A stretch of DNA of 62,923 nucleotides, the filler included. It is 4 parts of 4 records of this genome, joined end to end, with 100 filler letters (N's around TTAATTAATTAA, not from the genome) between each part and the next. Parts side by side here need not be neighbours in the genome. Positions count along the whole stretch, not along the records: positions 1 to 11,447 come from SRR20825010_3646; positions 11,548 to 29,165 come from SRR20825010_3649; 2 more parts are not named here. One strand, 5' to 3'. The notes beneath the pieces are model-generated. The model saw only the letters and a list, made by a program, of their open reading frames with translations, was not told the origin of the DNA and made no database searches. This document shows positions 10,747 through 21,411 of the stretch, in pieces; the first letter of the stretch is position 1; every line of letters starts with the position of its first letter. The translations under genes were made by a program, and so were the position numbers.

Positions 10747-11127
10747 ATGAACATCATTCAAAAGCTCGAGCAAGAGCATATTGCCAAGCTCACGGAAGAC
10801 AAAACTATTCCTGCGTTTGGCGCTGGTGACACGCTGCGTGTTGACGTGAAAGTTAAAGAGGGTGAGCGCGAGCGTATCCAGGCATTTGAAGGTGTCTGCA
10901 TTGCACGTGCAAACAAGGGTATCAGCTCAAACTTCACCGTACGGAAAATTTCCTACGGCGAAGGTGTTGAGCGTGTGTTCCCACTCTATGGCCCAGCCGT
11001 TGATGCCATCACAGTTGTTCGCCGCGGTAAAGTACGCCGTGCGAAGCTTTACTACCTGCGTGGCCGTACTGGTAAAGCTGCTCGTATCGTTGAAAAGCGT
11101 GATTTCCGCAAAAACGACGCGAAATAA
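10747..11127 (+). CDS. rplS: 50S ribosomal protein L19
   Basis: [28 protein letters not shown] 10747. Confidence 0.98.
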   Translation: MNIIQKLEQEHIAKLTEDKTIPAFGAGDTLRVDVKVKEGERERIQAFEGVCIARANKGISSNFTVRKISYGEGVERVFPLYGPAVDAITVVRRGKVRRAKLYYLRGRTGKAARIVEKRDFRKNDAK

Positions 11128-11188
11128 TATTACAATCCTCGGCAGCAAGCTTTTTATTTGTTGCGTATTGTCGAGGGTGGCTATAAAG

Positions 11189-11223
11189 AACGGGGGCGGG
11201 TCGCAGATCCTGCCCCCGTTTTT
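11189..11223 (+). terminator. Rho-independent terminator after rplS
   Basis: AACGGGGGCGGG..CCTGCCCCCGTT followed by Ts. Confidence 0.8.
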
Positions 11224-11342
11224 CATTTTGGCTGATTAAATAGCCCGTGCTCCGCCAGAGCATGATACTGAAAAACACACTAAATGCCGGAAGGTCCGGG
11301 AAGGTACCAAACACAGACAAACACCGATGAGCGGAGTTGATG

Positions 11343-11447
11343 ATGCCAAGAACGATGTACGATAAGATCTGGGAAGGCCATGTTGTCGAGAAAAGAAGCG
11401 ACAGTGTTTCCCTACTATATATCGACCGTCACCTTGTGCATGAAGTG
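11343..11447 (+). CDS. leuC: 3-isopropylmalate dehydratase large subunit, N-terminal fragment cut by contig end
   Basis: My translation [27 protein letters not shown] is the LeuC N-terminus; rplS-leuC order is common in Alphaproteobacteria. Confidence 0.9.
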
Positions 11448-11547
11448 NNNNNNNNNNNNNNNNNNNNNNNNNNNNNNNNNNNNNNNNNNNNTTAATTAAT
11501 TAANNNNNNNNNNNNNNNNNNNNNNNNNNNNNNNNNNNNNNNNNNNN
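11448..11547. other. Artificial contig spacer
   Basis: N-run, TTAATTAATTAA (stops in all six frames), N-run; 100 nt. Confidence 0.99.
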
Positions 11548-13129
11548 CGTGGCGCTCTATCGCCCCGGCCCGATGGACAACATCCCGACATACGTGAACC
11601 GAAAACACGGCCGGGAGAAGGTGGAATATCCGCATCCAATTCTGGAAGAAATACTGTCTGAAACTTACGGCGTGATCATCTATCAGGAACAAGTGATGCA
11701 GATCGCGCAGGTTATGTCTGGCTACAGTTTGGGGGAAGCCGACATCCTGCGTCGCGCGATGGGTAAAAAAATTCAGGCGGAGATGGATAAACAGCGCGGC
11801 CGTTTTTGTGATGGCGCCGTTGAACGCGGCATCGACGCAGAGAAAGCCAGCTATATCTTTGATCTGGTTACTAAATTTGCGAGCTATGGATTTAACAAGT
11901 CTCATGCGGCCGCATATGCACTGGTTGCCTATCATACAGCCTTTCTGAAAGCGAATTATCCTGTGGAGTTCATGGCTGCGATCATGACACTTGATATGGG
12001 GAATACCGACAAACTCGCGGCGTTCAAACAAGAATTGCAGCGCGCAGAAATTCCGCTGCTGCTTCCCAACATCAATCGTTCTGACGTGGCTTTCGTTGTT
12101 GAGAAAGTTGATGAGGCTTATTGCGAAGAAGAGGACCCCAGGTTTAACCAGGGTGTGCGATATGCACTTGGAGCCATCAAGGGTGTTGGCGAAAAGGCCA
12201 TGGAAACCATCGTTGCCGAGCGGAAAGCAAACGGTGAATTCAAGGATATTTTTGATTTCGCAGAAAGAGTTGATCCCAGGCTTCTGAACAAACGTCAGAT
12301 GGAGCGTTTGGCCGCTGCCGGTGCCTTTGACTGCTTGCTTGAAAATCGTGCGCAGGCATATGCCGCCGCAGACATTGTGATGCGCCTGGCCCAAATGCAA
12401 GCTAAGGAGCGTGAGAGTGATCAGGTAAGCCTCTTTGGTGGCGAGATGGCAAAGGCTGTTGACCGTCCCAGTTTGCCGACAGTGCGCGCCTGGACAGACA
12501 CCGAGCAGCTCGAGAGCGAGAAAAATGCTGTCGGGTTTTATATATCGGCCCATCCGCTAGATGCCTATGAAACTATACTTGAGCGTGAGCGGATCATTCC
12601 GGCACGTGAGGTATATCACGATCCCGGCTTGGTTGGCCAAACTGTGCGAATGGCGGGTGCCATTGCTGGCTATCGTGAGGGTAACACCAAACGTGGCAGT
12701 CGGTTTGGTAGGCTTACACTGTCGGACAGGTCAGATGCTTTTGAGATTATGGCGTTTGAGGATGACCTTGACGGTATTCGTGCGTTGGTGGAGGAGGGGG
12801 CGCCAGTTGTTGTCTCTGTCCAGATCCGGAAACGGGATGACGATGACACGGTTGGTCTCTCTTGTCGGGGTATTGAGAGCTTGGAAACGGTAGCCTCGCA
12901 GTCAAGCAAAGGCCTGTTTATCGAAATTGAGGAAAGCAAGGCGTTTGTCCCGATCAAATCAACGCTTGACCGTAAATCGGGAGGCAAAGGCAAGGTTACG
13001 ATACGCGTTCCAGTGTCTGACAGTAGCCGCTTCGCTGAATTCCGCCTAAGCGGCCGTTATAAAATTACACCGGAGCTTAAGCAGGCTGTAGCCGCAGAGA
13101 TTGGTGTTCTGTCGGTGGAGGAAGTGTGA
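11548..13129 (+). CDS. dnaE: DNA polymerase III alpha subunit, C-terminal part
   Basis: ALYRPGPM, YQEQVMQIA, FASYGFNKSHAAAY, HhH LGAIKGVG, OB fold. Confidence 0.97.
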
Positions 13130-13902
13130 TGCCTGATAAACCCGGTAGGTATGTCAAAGCGCTTCCAGCTTCTTCCATAATGCTTGTCAGAGACGGTATG
13201 GGTGGCGTCGAGGTTCTGATGATCGAGCGCGCAAAAACCATGAAATTTGCACCGGGAGCGTTTGTTTTTCCGGGCGGGAAGGTTGACTCGGCTGACCAGC
13301 AGAATTGGCGCTGGCAAGGTATCACTACAGGACGGGGTGTCTTTCGTGACTTCAGCTATAGGGTAGCGGCGCTCAGGGAGCTATACGAGGAAGCTGGCGT
13401 GCTACAGATCGATCGGCCGCGTCGGCAAACCTTATACGCAGGTCTGCCGTTTGCTGATCTGGTTCGCTACTCTGGCGGAAAACTTGATATCGCGAATATG
13501 GTGCCATTTGCTCACTGGGTAACGCCGGAGCCCTTGCCTCGGCGGTTTGATACCCATTTTTATCTGGCGGAGCACAATGGTCAGGTTGCGCAGCATGATG
13601 GTAACGAGGCGGTATCGCTGAGATGGGTGAGCCCAAGGAAGGTGCTGAGCGACTGGGAAGAAAACAAAGTACCGCTGATGTTCCCGACACGGCTCAACCT
13701 AATGAAGTTGGCGCGAGCTAGCACCGCGGCGGGGGCGATACAACAAGCTCGGCGTTCTCCCGTAGTGCGTACCTTGCCGGTCGTGAATATGAGCGCAGCG
13801 GGTGTTAAACTCGAGATCGAAAAGGCTGCCGGGTTCGGCGTAACTTCCGCTACAGAGAAAGAATTAGCGGTTGAAGCAGGCGCCCGCCAAAATAAGCCTT
13901 GA
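13126..13902 (+). CDS. Nudix hydrolase
   Basis: FPGGKVD..AALRELYEEAG Nudix box and WVTP..RRFDTHFY; start overlaps the dnaE stop. Confidence 0.88.
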   Translation: MMPDKPGRYVKALPASSIMLVRDGMGGVEVLMIERAKTMKFAPGAFVFPGGKVDSADQQNWRWQGITTGRGVFRDFSYRVAALRELYEEAGVLQIDRPRRQTLYAGLPFADLVRYSGGKLDIANMVPFAHWVTPEPLPRRFDTHFYLAEHNGQVAQHDGNEAVSLRWVSPRKVLSDWEENKVPLMFPTRLNLMKLARASTAAGAIQQARRSPVVRTLPVVNMSAAGVKLEIEKAAGFGVTSATEKELAVEAGARQNKP

Positions 13903-13926
13903 TATTCCTTGGAAACAGGCCTATAC
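13898..13926 (+). promoter_or_regulatory. Putative sigma70 promoter of rpsB-tsf
   Basis: CTTGAT-N17-CTATAC. Confidence 0.6.
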
Positions 13927-13937
13927 GAGCCGCGACT

Positions 13938-14045
13938 TCACACGTGGGGTAGGCTACTTACTGTGTTGGTAAGGCGCCATCCGGTGTCGAAACCCAAATT
14001 CATGGGTTGCGGCGCACACTCCACGGAGGCTTAACCGGAAAAGGA
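13938..14045 (+). promoter_or_regulatory. rpsB leader (S2 autoregulatory RNA)
   Basis: Contains GGGGT near the 5' end and GGAGGCTTAACC near the 3' end, the elements I recall from rpsB leaders, with a central AAACCCA..TGGGTT hairpin. Confidence 0.65.
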
Positions 14046-14053
14046 GTAGTATT

Positions 14054-14947
14054 ATGGCAATGCCGCAAGTCGATATGCGCGCGCTTCTCGAAGCAGGCGT
14101 ACACTTTGGTCACCAGACCCACCGTTGGAACCCGAAAATGGCGCCGTTTATCTTCGGCGAGCGTAACGGTGTTCATATCGTAGACCTTTCACAAACAGTT
14201 CCTTACATGACACGCGCACTGCAAGCTATTCGTGACGTAGTGGCTGGTGGTGGTCGTGTTCTCTTTGTTGGTACAAAGCGTCAAGCTTCACCAATCATTG
14301 CAGAAGCTGCGAAGCGTTGTGGACAGTATTATGTAAATCACCGCTGGCTCGGCGGCATGATGACAAACTGGCAAACTATCAGCCAGTCCATCAAGCGCCT
14401 GAAGCAGTTGGATGAGCAGCTCAACCAAGAGCACACTGGTCTTACCAAGAAAGAAACTCTGCAGCTTACACGTCAGCGTGACAAGCTTGAACTTTCCCTT
14501 GGCGGTATTCAGGACATGGGCGGTCTTCCAGACATCCTCGTTATTGTTGACGTTATTGGCGATGACCTGGCGATTGCGGAAGCTAACCGTCTTGGCATTC
14601 CCGTTGTTGGCGTGATCGACACCAACTGTAAGCCTGATGGTGTTGACTATCCGATCCCTGGTAACGATGATGCGACCCGTGCGATCCGTCTTTATTGTGA
14701 TCTTGTTGCTGAAGCCGCTCTTGACGGTATTCAGGCTGAACTTACAGCACAGGGCGTTGATCTTGGTGCCTCTGAAGCCCCGGTTGAAGAAGCCGCTGTT
14801 GCTGAAGAGCCTGCACCAGCTGAAGAAGCTGCTCCTACAGAAGAAGTTGCACCTACTAAAGAGGCAGCTACTGCCAAAGAAGCCGCGCCTGCTAAAGCTG
14901 CAAAAGCTCCTGCGAAAAAAGCAGCTAAAGCTGCAACTGCAGAGTAA
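14054..14947 (+). CDS. rpsB: 30S ribosomal protein S2 with Ala/Glu/Lys/Pro-rich tail
   Basis: [26 protein letters not shown]. Confidence 0.99.
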   Translation: MAMPQVDMRALLEAGVHFGHQTHRWNPKMAPFIFGERNGVHIVDLSQTVPYMTRALQAIRDVVAGGGRVLFVGTKRQASPIIAEAAKRCGQYYVNHRWLGGMMTNWQTISQSIKRLKQLDEQLNQEHTGLTKKETLQLTRQRDKLELSLGGIQDMGGLPDILVIVDVIGDDLAIAEANRLGIPVVGVIDTNCKPDGVDYPIPGNDDATRAIRLYCDLVAEAALDGIQAELTAQGVDLGASEAPVEEAAVAEEPAPAEEAAPTEEVAPTKEAATAKEAAPAKAAKAPAKKAAKAATAE

Positions 14948-15043
14948 CATTTCTCATTTAATGCTCTCGGTAGGCTGTGCGCGTACCGGGGGCACCATGT
15001 TATCTACACTTAGGCCTACATCTGGGCTGTAAGGGGAATACCA

Positions 15044-15970
15044 ATGGCACAAATTACCGCCGCTCTCGTAAAAGAACTGCGCGAACAATCTGGCGCAGGC
15101 ATGATGGATTGTAAAAAAGCACTGGCAGAAAATGACGGTGACTTGGAAGCCGCTGTTGATTGGCTCCGTACCAAAGGCCTTGCTGCTGCTGCGAAAAAAT
15201 CTGGTCGCGTAGCTGCCGAAGGCCTCGTGGCTGTAAAAGCTGCAGGCACAAAAGCCGCTGCGATTGAAATCAACTCAGAAACAGACTTCGTTGCACGCAA
15301 TGACAAGTTCCAACAGTTTGTTGGTGATCTCGCTGGTGTTGCTCTGGAAGTTGGTACAGACGTAGAAGCTATCAAAGCTTCCACATACCCAGGCAAAACC
15401 AAGCCTGTAGGTGAAGTGCTGACCGACAATATCGCCACTATCGGTGAAAACATGAACATCCGCCGCGCGTTTGTACTTGAGGTCGAGAACGGCCTTGTTG
15501 CGACATATGTTCATAACGCTGTTACTGATGGCATGGGCAAGATCGCTGTTCTTGTTGCACTGCAGTCTGAGGCGTCTGAGGAAGTTCTCGCTAATCTCGG
15601 CAAGCAGCTGGCCATGCATGTGGCAGCCGCCAACCCAGCGTCACTTTCTGAAGCCGATCTTGACCCAGAGCTTGTAGAGCGTGAAAAACAAGTTCAGATC
15701 GAGAAAGCTAAAGAATCAGGCAAGCCAATGGAAATCATCGAAAAGATGATCGTGGGCCGCATGCGCAAATACTATGAGGAAGTTGTTCTTCTCAATCAGG
15801 TGTTTGTAATGGACGGTGAAAGCAAGGTTTCCGACGTTATCGCGAAAGCTGCTAAAGAAGCTGGCACCTCTATTGAACTCACTGCTTATGCCCGCGTTGA
15901 GATGGGTGAGGGGCTGGAGAAGAAAGAAGACGACTTCGCCGCAGAAGTTGCCGCTGCTGCTGGCGTTTAA
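15044..15970 (+). CDS. tsf: Elongation factor Ts
   Basis: [27 protein letters not shown]. Confidence 0.99.
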   Translation: MAQITAALVKELREQSGAGMMDCKKALAENDGDLEAAVDWLRTKGLAAAAKKSGRVAAEGLVAVKAAGTKAAAIEINSETDFVARNDKFQQFVGDLAGVALEVGTDVEAIKASTYPGKTKPVGEVLTDNIATIGENMNIRRAFVLEVENGLVATYVHNAVTDGMGKIAVLVALQSEASEEVLANLGKQLAMHVAAANPASLSEADLDPELVEREKQVQIEKAKESGKPMEIIEKMIVGRMRKYYEEVVLLNQVFVMDGESKVSDVIAKAAKEAGTSIELTAYARVEMGEGLEKKEDDFAAEVAAAAGV

Positions 15971-15993
15971 GCCAACACAGTATGAGTGGTTGG

Positions 15994-16024
15994 AAGCCCA
16001 GGAGGTCTCTCCTGGGCTTTTTTA
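15994..16024 (+). terminator. Rho-independent terminator after tsf
   Basis: AAGCCCAGGAG-GTCT-CTCCTGGGCTT followed by Ts. Confidence 0.85.
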
Positions 16025-16153
16025 TGAGCAAAAATAGATTTAGGTAATTTCTGCTTAAGTCTCGGAATAAATTTAGATAAAACTACGGTAGCCATTACAT
16101 GCCCAAGCGGATAAGCTGCGGCGGGCTGAATGGCGTAGGGGAGAGTTCAGGCG

Positions 16154-16879
16154 ATGTCCAGTGGGCCTAAATATAAGCGTGTATTGCTAAAATTGTCTGG
16201 TGAAGCGCTGATGGGCGGCGGTAGTTACGGCATCGACCCAGAAACCGCTGCGCGTGTTTCGCGCGAAATCAAGCAGGCGCGTGAGATCGGTACAGAGGTC
16301 TGTGTTGTCGTTGGGGGAGGAAACATTTTCCGTGGCCTCAAAGGTGCTGCCGAAGGCTTGGACCGGTCCACTGCGGACTATATGGGCATGTTGGCCACTG
16401 TAATGAATGCCCTGGCGCTTCAAAACGCGCTTGAAAAGGCTGGCGTCGATACGAGGGTGCTGTCGGCTATCCCAATGGCAAGTGTAAGCGAGCCGTACAT
16501 TCGTCGCCGTGCAATCCGCCATTTGGAAAAGGGTCGTGTAGTAATTTTTGCTGCGGGCACTGGAAATCCTTTCTTTACAACTGATACAGCTGCAGCGCTG
16601 CGGGCCGCCGAAATGAACTGCAATGCTCTCCTGAAGGGCACACAGGTTGACGGTGTTTATAACGCTGACCCCAAGAAAGATCCATCTGCTGTGCGCTACG
16701 AAAGCCTGAGCTACATGGATGTTCTGACCCAGGACCTTAAGGTTATGGATGCATCCGCGATTTCGCTTAGCCGCGAGAATAACATTCCGATCGTTGTCTT
16801 TTCCATCCACGCCCAGAACGCGCTTGTTGACGTTCTGCAGGGAAAGGGCATCTGTACCACTGTAGGTGAGGAGCAATAA
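16154..16879 (+). CDS. pyrH: Uridylate kinase
   Basis: [30 protein letters not shown]. Confidence 0.98.
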   Translation: MSSGPKYKRVLLKLSGEALMGGGSYGIDPETAARVSREIKQAREIGTEVCVVVGGGNIFRGLKGAAEGLDRSTADYMGMLATVMNALALQNALEKAGVDTRVLSAIPMASVSEPYIRRRAIRHLEKGRVVIFAAGTGNPFFTTDTAAALRAAEMNCNALLKGTQVDGVYNADPKKDPSAVRYESLSYMDVLTQDLKVMDASAISLSRENNIPIVVFSIHAQNALVDVLQGKGICTTVGEEQ

Positions 16880-16880
16880 A

Positions 16881-17444
16881 ATGAGTGATGAAGATCTAGA
16901 TTTGGGCGACATTGAGCGCCGCATGAAGGGCGCCGTTGATGCTTTGAAGCATGAGTTCGCGGGTTTGCGCTCCGGTCGTGCAACAACGAATATGCTCGAC
17001 CCTGTGACGGTTGATGTTTACGGCTCAAATATGCCTTTGAATCAGGTAGGCACTGTATCTGTCCCCGAGCCGCGTATGCTGAGTGTACAGGTTTGGGACA
17101 AAGCCAATGCCTCTGCTGTTGAAAAGGCTATCCGTAATGCGGGGCTTGGACTTAACCCCATGCTCGATGGTCAATTGGTTCGTATTCCTATTCCTGAACT
17201 GAACGAAGAACGGCGGGCGGAGCTGGCAAAAGTTGCCGGTAAATATGCGGAGCAGGCTCGGATTGCAATCCGGAACGTACGTCGCGACGGTATGGATCAG
17301 TTGAAGCGCATGGAAAAAGACAAGTCTATCAGTGAAGACGATCACAAAATGTATGCAGATGAAGTGCAGGACCTGACCAACAAGTTTGTTGGCGTGATTG
17401 ATGACCAGCTGCAAAGCAAAGAAAAAGAGATCATGCAGGTTTAA
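16881..17444 (+). CDS. frr: Ribosome recycling factor
   Basis: [24 protein letters not shown] 16881 after GAGGAG. Confidence 0.98.
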   Translation: MSDEDLDLGDIERRMKGAVDALKHEFAGLRSGRATTNMLDPVTVDVYGSNMPLNQVGTVSVPEPRMLSVQVWDKANASAVEKAIRNAGLGLNPMLDGQLVRIPIPELNEERRAELAKVAGKYAEQARIAIRNVRRDGMDQLKRMEKDKSISEDDHKMYADEVQDLTNKFVGVIDDQLQSKEKEIMQV

Positions 17445-17445
17445 T

Positions 17446-18189
17446 ATGGCTGCTAGTGTGCACCAATGTGCTGAAGATACGTCTGGCGTCTCGTCTCTTT
17501 CTCACGTCGCCATCATCATGGATGGCAACGGCAGATGGGCTACGAAGAATGGTAAGTCACGTTCTTTAGGGCACAAAAAGGGTGCCGAGGCGGTGCGGGA
17601 AGCCATTGAGGGCGCGCTTGATTGTGGTGTTAAGTGTTTAACGCTCTATGCCTTCTCTAGTGAAAACTGGAATAGGCCAGTGGAGGAGGTCACTGACCTT
17701 ATGGCGCTCCTTAAGCTTTACCTGCAACGTGAGGTTAAGACTGTTCATAAGCAAGGGGTACGCCTGCGTGTCATTGGGCGAAGGGATCGTTTATCAGCCG
17801 ATATTGTCAAGATGATTGACAAAGCAGAGAAACGAACTGAAGCGAACACACGCATGACACTGGTGATAGCCTTAAGTTATGGTAGCCGCGATGAAATTAT
17901 TGAAGCCGCTAAGGCATTTGCAGTTTCCGTGGCGGAAGGAAAAGAAGATCCTTCACAATTGGACGAAGAAAAGTTTTCCAAAGGTTTGTGGACAAACGAT
18001 ATTCCTGACCCAGACCTGATTATTCGCACGAGCGGCGAACAACGTCTGTCGAATTTCCTTCTTTGGCAGGCAGCCTATGCTGAATTTTTGTTTCTGGATT
18101 TGCTGTGGCCAGACTTCAGCAAGATGGACTTCAGAGCTGCGGTAGATAACTATCTTGGCAGGAACCGGCGTTTTGGCGCCCGGCCATGA
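17446..18189 (+). CDS. uppS: Undecaprenyl diphosphate synthase
   Basis: HVAIIMDGNGRWA, FSSENWNRP, RTSGEQRLSNFLLWQ. Confidence 0.98.
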   Translation: MAASVHQCAEDTSGVSSLSHVAIIMDGNGRWATKNGKSRSLGHKKGAEAVREAIEGALDCGVKCLTLYAFSSENWNRPVEEVTDLMALLKLYLQREVKTVHKQGVRLRVIGRRDRLSADIVKMIDKAEKRTEANTRMTLVIALSYGSRDEIIEAAKAFAVSVAEGKEDPSQLDEEKFSKGLWTNDIPDPDLIIRTSGEQRLSNFLLWQAAYAEFLFLDLLWPDFSKMDFRAAVDNYLGRNRRFGARP

Positions 18190-18200
18190 TTGGATAATTA

Positions 18201-19013
18201 ATGCCACTCGGCCTTTCAGATAATCTCTTTCAGCGTATTGTATCGGCGCTCTTGCTGTTACCGCCAGTTTTGTGGGCCACCTATGAAGGCGGTGCTTGGT
18301 TCGCGGGCCTTCTTGCACTAGGCGGGGCGCTGATGACGCTAGAATGGTGCCAGCTTACGGCACGGAATAGTGCTCTCGAACGCATTGCAGCTCTGCTTGT
18401 GATTGTTGCACTTGCTGGTGCGCTTGAGATGCGCACGATAGATATCAGCTTCACATACGTCATTCTGGGGTTGTTGTTCCTGGTCTTGCTGGGTGTCGGA
18501 GCGGTTAGGGGGGGCGTTTCATTCGGGTGGTGGATCATCGGCGTTGCTTATGTAGCTCTGCCTATTTCATCACTATGGTTTATTAGGGATGCCAGCGGTC
18601 TGCTTGTTTTATGGGTCTTCCTTGTGACCTGGGCTACAGATGTTGGTGGCTATTTCGCAGGTAAAGGGATCGGTGGTCCTAAACTTGCTCCAAAGATCAG
18701 CCCCAAGAAAACCTGGGCTGGGTTGTTAGGTGGTATGGGGTTGAGTGTAATTGTGTCTGTGGTGATGCACCAAATTGTCCCCTTTGCCGCAGGTTTGGGA
18801 ATGATCTCACTTTTGTCAGGCCTTCTGGCGGTTTGGGCGCAGGTGGGGGATTTGCTTGAAAGTGCCGTTAAGCGCCATTTTGATGTGAAGGACTCCGGTG
18901 GGTTGATACCTGGGCACGGCGGGTTGCTTGATCGTGTTGACGGCTTGGTGTTTGTGGCACCGGCAGTGGCAGGAGTTCTGATCGTTTCCTCTGTTATTGG
19001 TTTTGAGTTTTAG
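18201..19013 (+). CDS. cdsA: Phosphatidate cytidylyltransferase
   Basis: ISPKKTWAG, GDLLESAVKRHFDVKDSG, PGHGGLLDRVD. Confidence 0.97.
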   Translation: MPLGLSDNLFQRIVSALLLLPPVLWATYEGGAWFAGLLALGGALMTLEWCQLTARNSALERIAALLVIVALAGALEMRTIDISFTYVILGLLFLVLLGVGAVRGGVSFGWWIIGVAYVALPISSLWFIRDASGLLVLWVFLVTWATDVGGYFAGKGIGGPKLAPKISPKKTWAGLLGGMGLSVIVSVVMHQIVPFAAGLGMISLLSGLLAVWAQVGDLLESAVKRHFDVKDSGGLIPGHGGLLDRVDGLVFVAPAVAGVLIVSSVIGFEF

Positions 19014-19016
19014 CAA

Positions 19017-20186
19017 ATGGATATCGTTAAAAAGCGAATAACCGTACTTGGCGCCACGGGGTCTGTGGGATTAAGTACACTTGATCTGGTTCGGAGGAAT
19101 TCGAGTAAATTCAGTATAGTATCCCTTACTGCTTATAGTAAGGTTGAGGAACTTGCCGCGCTAGCAGTAGAGTTTGGAGCTGAGCTGGCAGTTATCGGTG
19201 ACGAGACAAAGCTTGCGACGCTTCGGAACCTGCTTGCGGGTACGAGTATTGAGGCTGCGGCCGGCGAAGGCGGATTAATTGAGGCAGCAGATCGAGATGC
19301 TGAGGTCGTTATGGCAGCAATCGTGGGTGCGGCCGGTTTGAGGCCGACCATGGCTGCGGTGCGCCGAGGGGCGACCGTAGCACTTGCTAACAAAGAATGT
19401 CTCGTATGTGCGGGCGATTTGTTGATGCAGGAGGTGAAAGCTCACGGCGCTACACTTCTGCCAGTTGACTCTGAGCACAACGCCATCTTTCAGGTATTTG
19501 ACGTCAAGCGTGCAAGTAGCGTCGAGAAGGTGATATTGACAGCGTCCGGCGGGCCGTTTCGTGGCAGGTCATATGACAGTTTGAAGTCTGTTACTCCGGC
19601 GGAGGCTATCGCTCATCCAAATTGGGATATGGGTGCCAAGATATCGGTTGATTCTGCAACGATGATGAACAAAGGCTTGGAAGTCATTGAAGCTTATCAT
19701 CTTTTCCCGATTAAAAAGTCGCAGATCGATGTTCTGGTACATCCGCAATCGGTTATCCACTCCATGGTTGAATATTCGGATGGTAGCGTGCTCGCCCAGT
19801 TGGGCTCACCAGATATGCGCACACCAATAGCCTATAGTCTTGCATGGCCGGAGCGTATGAGCGCGCCTGTGAAGCGGTTGTCATTGGCAGAGATAGGCTC
19901 GCTGACGTTTGAAGAGGTAGACTTGAAGGCTTTTCGGTGTTTGGCACTGGCACGTGACGCGATGGAGGCTGGCGGTGCAGCACCTGCGATCTTGAATGCT
20001 GCAAATGAAGTGGCTGTGGCCGCTTTTCTCTCGGAAAAGCTTCGTTTTGTTGATATTTCATCTGTGGTAAGTGACACTTTGGCGGCGTGCGACATTAAAG
20101 CGCCACAATCACTTTCGAATGTGCTTGAAATTGATAGGATTGCCCGAGAGGCTGCAGAAAACCAACTGGCACTGCGCGCACAATAG
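19017..20186 (+). CDS. dxr: 1-deoxy-D-xylulose-5-phosphate reductoisomerase
   Basis: LGATGSVG, LANKE, PVDSEHNAIFQ, HPNWDMGAKIS. Confidence 0.98.
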   Translation: MDIVKKRITVLGATGSVGLSTLDLVRRNSSKFSIVSLTAYSKVEELAALAVEFGAELAVIGDETKLATLRNLLAGTSIEAAAGEGGLIEAADRDAEVVMAAIVGAAGLRPTMAAVRRGATVALANKECLVCAGDLLMQEVKAHGATLLPVDSEHNAIFQVFDVKRASSVEKVILTASGGPFRGRSYDSLKSVTPAEAIAHPNWDMGAKISVDSATMMNKGLEVIEAYHLFPIKKSQIDVLVHPQSVIHSMVEYSDGSVLAQLGSPDMRTPIAYSLAWPERMSAPVKRLSLAEIGSLTFEEVDLKAFRCLALARDAMEAGGAAPAILNAANEVAVAAFLSEKLRFVDISSVVSDTLAACDIKAPQSLSNVLEIDRIAREAAENQLALRAQ

Positions 20187-20252
20187 AATGATGGTGCTTT
20201 TGGTGTGTAGCTTTATGGAAACGATGAATAAGAATAAGGACCGAGGATAGTC

Positions 20253-21362
20253 ATGGAAACCGAAGGCCCGGGGCTTCTGTTTACGATAGCCGCTTTTGTT
20301 GGCGGGTTTAGTATACTTGTCTTCATACATGAATGGGGACATTACGCCGTAGCACGCCTTTTTGGTGTGAAGGTTGATACGTTTTCAATTGGTATGGGCC
20401 GCGAGGTCATCGGGCGTACCGATAAGAACGGCACACGATGGAAAGTTAGCATTCTACCTCTGGGTGGTTATGTAAAGTTTTTTGGTGATGCTTCTGCCGC
20501 GAGTAACCCTGGCGATATCCCAGAAGGTATGAGCGCTGAGGACAGGGCGGTTTGTTATCATTTCAAACCCCTCTGGCAGCGTGCGCTGATCGTTTTCGCT
20601 GGCCCGGCGATAAACTTGATCGCGGCAGCCTTGGTTTTTGCATCTTTCTTTTACAGCTACGGTATTGGGATATCAGAACCCGTTATCGAAACGGTGGTTG
20701 AGGATTCAGCTGCCTTTGAGGCAGGTCTGGAGCCGGGAGACCGCATTCTCAGCATCAACGGCGAAGAAATTGAACGCTTCTCTGACGTTGGGGGTATTGT
20801 TCGCCTCTATCCAGGTGGCAACATCACAATGCTCGTCGAGCGTAACGGCCGTGAACTTAGTAAGGTTGTGACGCTGGGCATCGCCTATATGGAGGATAGG
20901 TTCGGTAATCGGTATCCATATGGCCGCCTAGGTATTAGTTCTCCTGCGGTCGAGCGTGTTGAGCTAGGCCCAATTGGAGCCCTTGCCGAAGGGGGGCGCC
21001 AGACGGTTGAGATGACCGATACGATCTTCACAACCCTGGGCCAGATGATTATGGGCCTGAGGTCTGTCCGCGAACTTGGTGGGCCAGCCCGTATAGCCAG
21101 TATGGTTGGTGAGGCAGCGCACATTAGTGCGCAGAACTTTATCTGGTTGCTGGCGCTCTTGTCACTCAACCTTGGAATTCTGAATCTTTTGCCGATCCCT
21201 GTGCTGGACGGCGGCCATTTGCTCTATTACGGGCTGGAGGCAGTTAAGGGTTCACCACTAAGCAAGAAGGCCCAAGAAGCGGGTTTCGTGGCGGGTTTCG
21301 CCTTAATGGTGATTTTTATGCTTCTTGTAACACTGAATGACTTGCAATCCATGGCACTCTAG
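20253..21362 (+). CDS. rseP: Intramembrane zinc metalloprotease RseP
   Basis: HEWGH, PDZ domain, NLLPIPVLDGGH. Confidence 0.97.
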   Translation: METEGPGLLFTIAAFVGGFSILVFIHEWGHYAVARLFGVKVDTFSIGMGREVIGRTDKNGTRWKVSILPLGGYVKFFGDASAASNPGDIPEGMSAEDRAVCYHFKPLWQRALIVFAGPAINLIAAALVFASFFYSYGIGISEPVIETVVEDSAAFEAGLEPGDRILSINGEEIERFSDVGGIVRLYPGGNITMLVERNGRELSKVVTLGIAYMEDRFGNRYPYGRLGISSPAVERVELGPIGALAEGGRQTVEMTDTIFTTLGQMIMGLRSVRELGGPARIASMVGEAAHISAQNFIWLLALLSLNLGILNLLPIPVLDGGHLLYYGLEAVKGSPLSKKAQEAGFVAGFALMVIFMLLVTLNDLQSMAL

Positions 21363-21411
21363 GCCAATTTCACCGCCAAAGTTGCCGAAAAGATAAGAAT
21401 GGGCTGAAAAG

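Noticed and set aside
11285-11310. AGGTCCGGGAAGG resembling the SRP RNA domain IV loop
   Set aside because: The match is imperfect and there is no long flanking helix.
11262-11330. 22-codon ORF upstream of leuC as a leucine attenuator peptide
   Set aside because: Only two separated Leu codons and no terminator/antiterminator between it and leuC.
11492-11503. TTAATTAATTAA palindrome repeated three times in the window
   Set aside because: Always centred in N-runs; it is an assembly linker. ORFs ending in X..LIN are artefacts of it.
14770-14945. Imperfect 18-nt periodic repeats in the rpsB tail, and similar low complexity in the rpsP and ffh tails
   Set aside because: Coding Ala/Glu/Lys/Pro or Gly/Met low-complexity extensions common in Alphaproteobacteria; no repeat-spacer structure, so not CRISPR.
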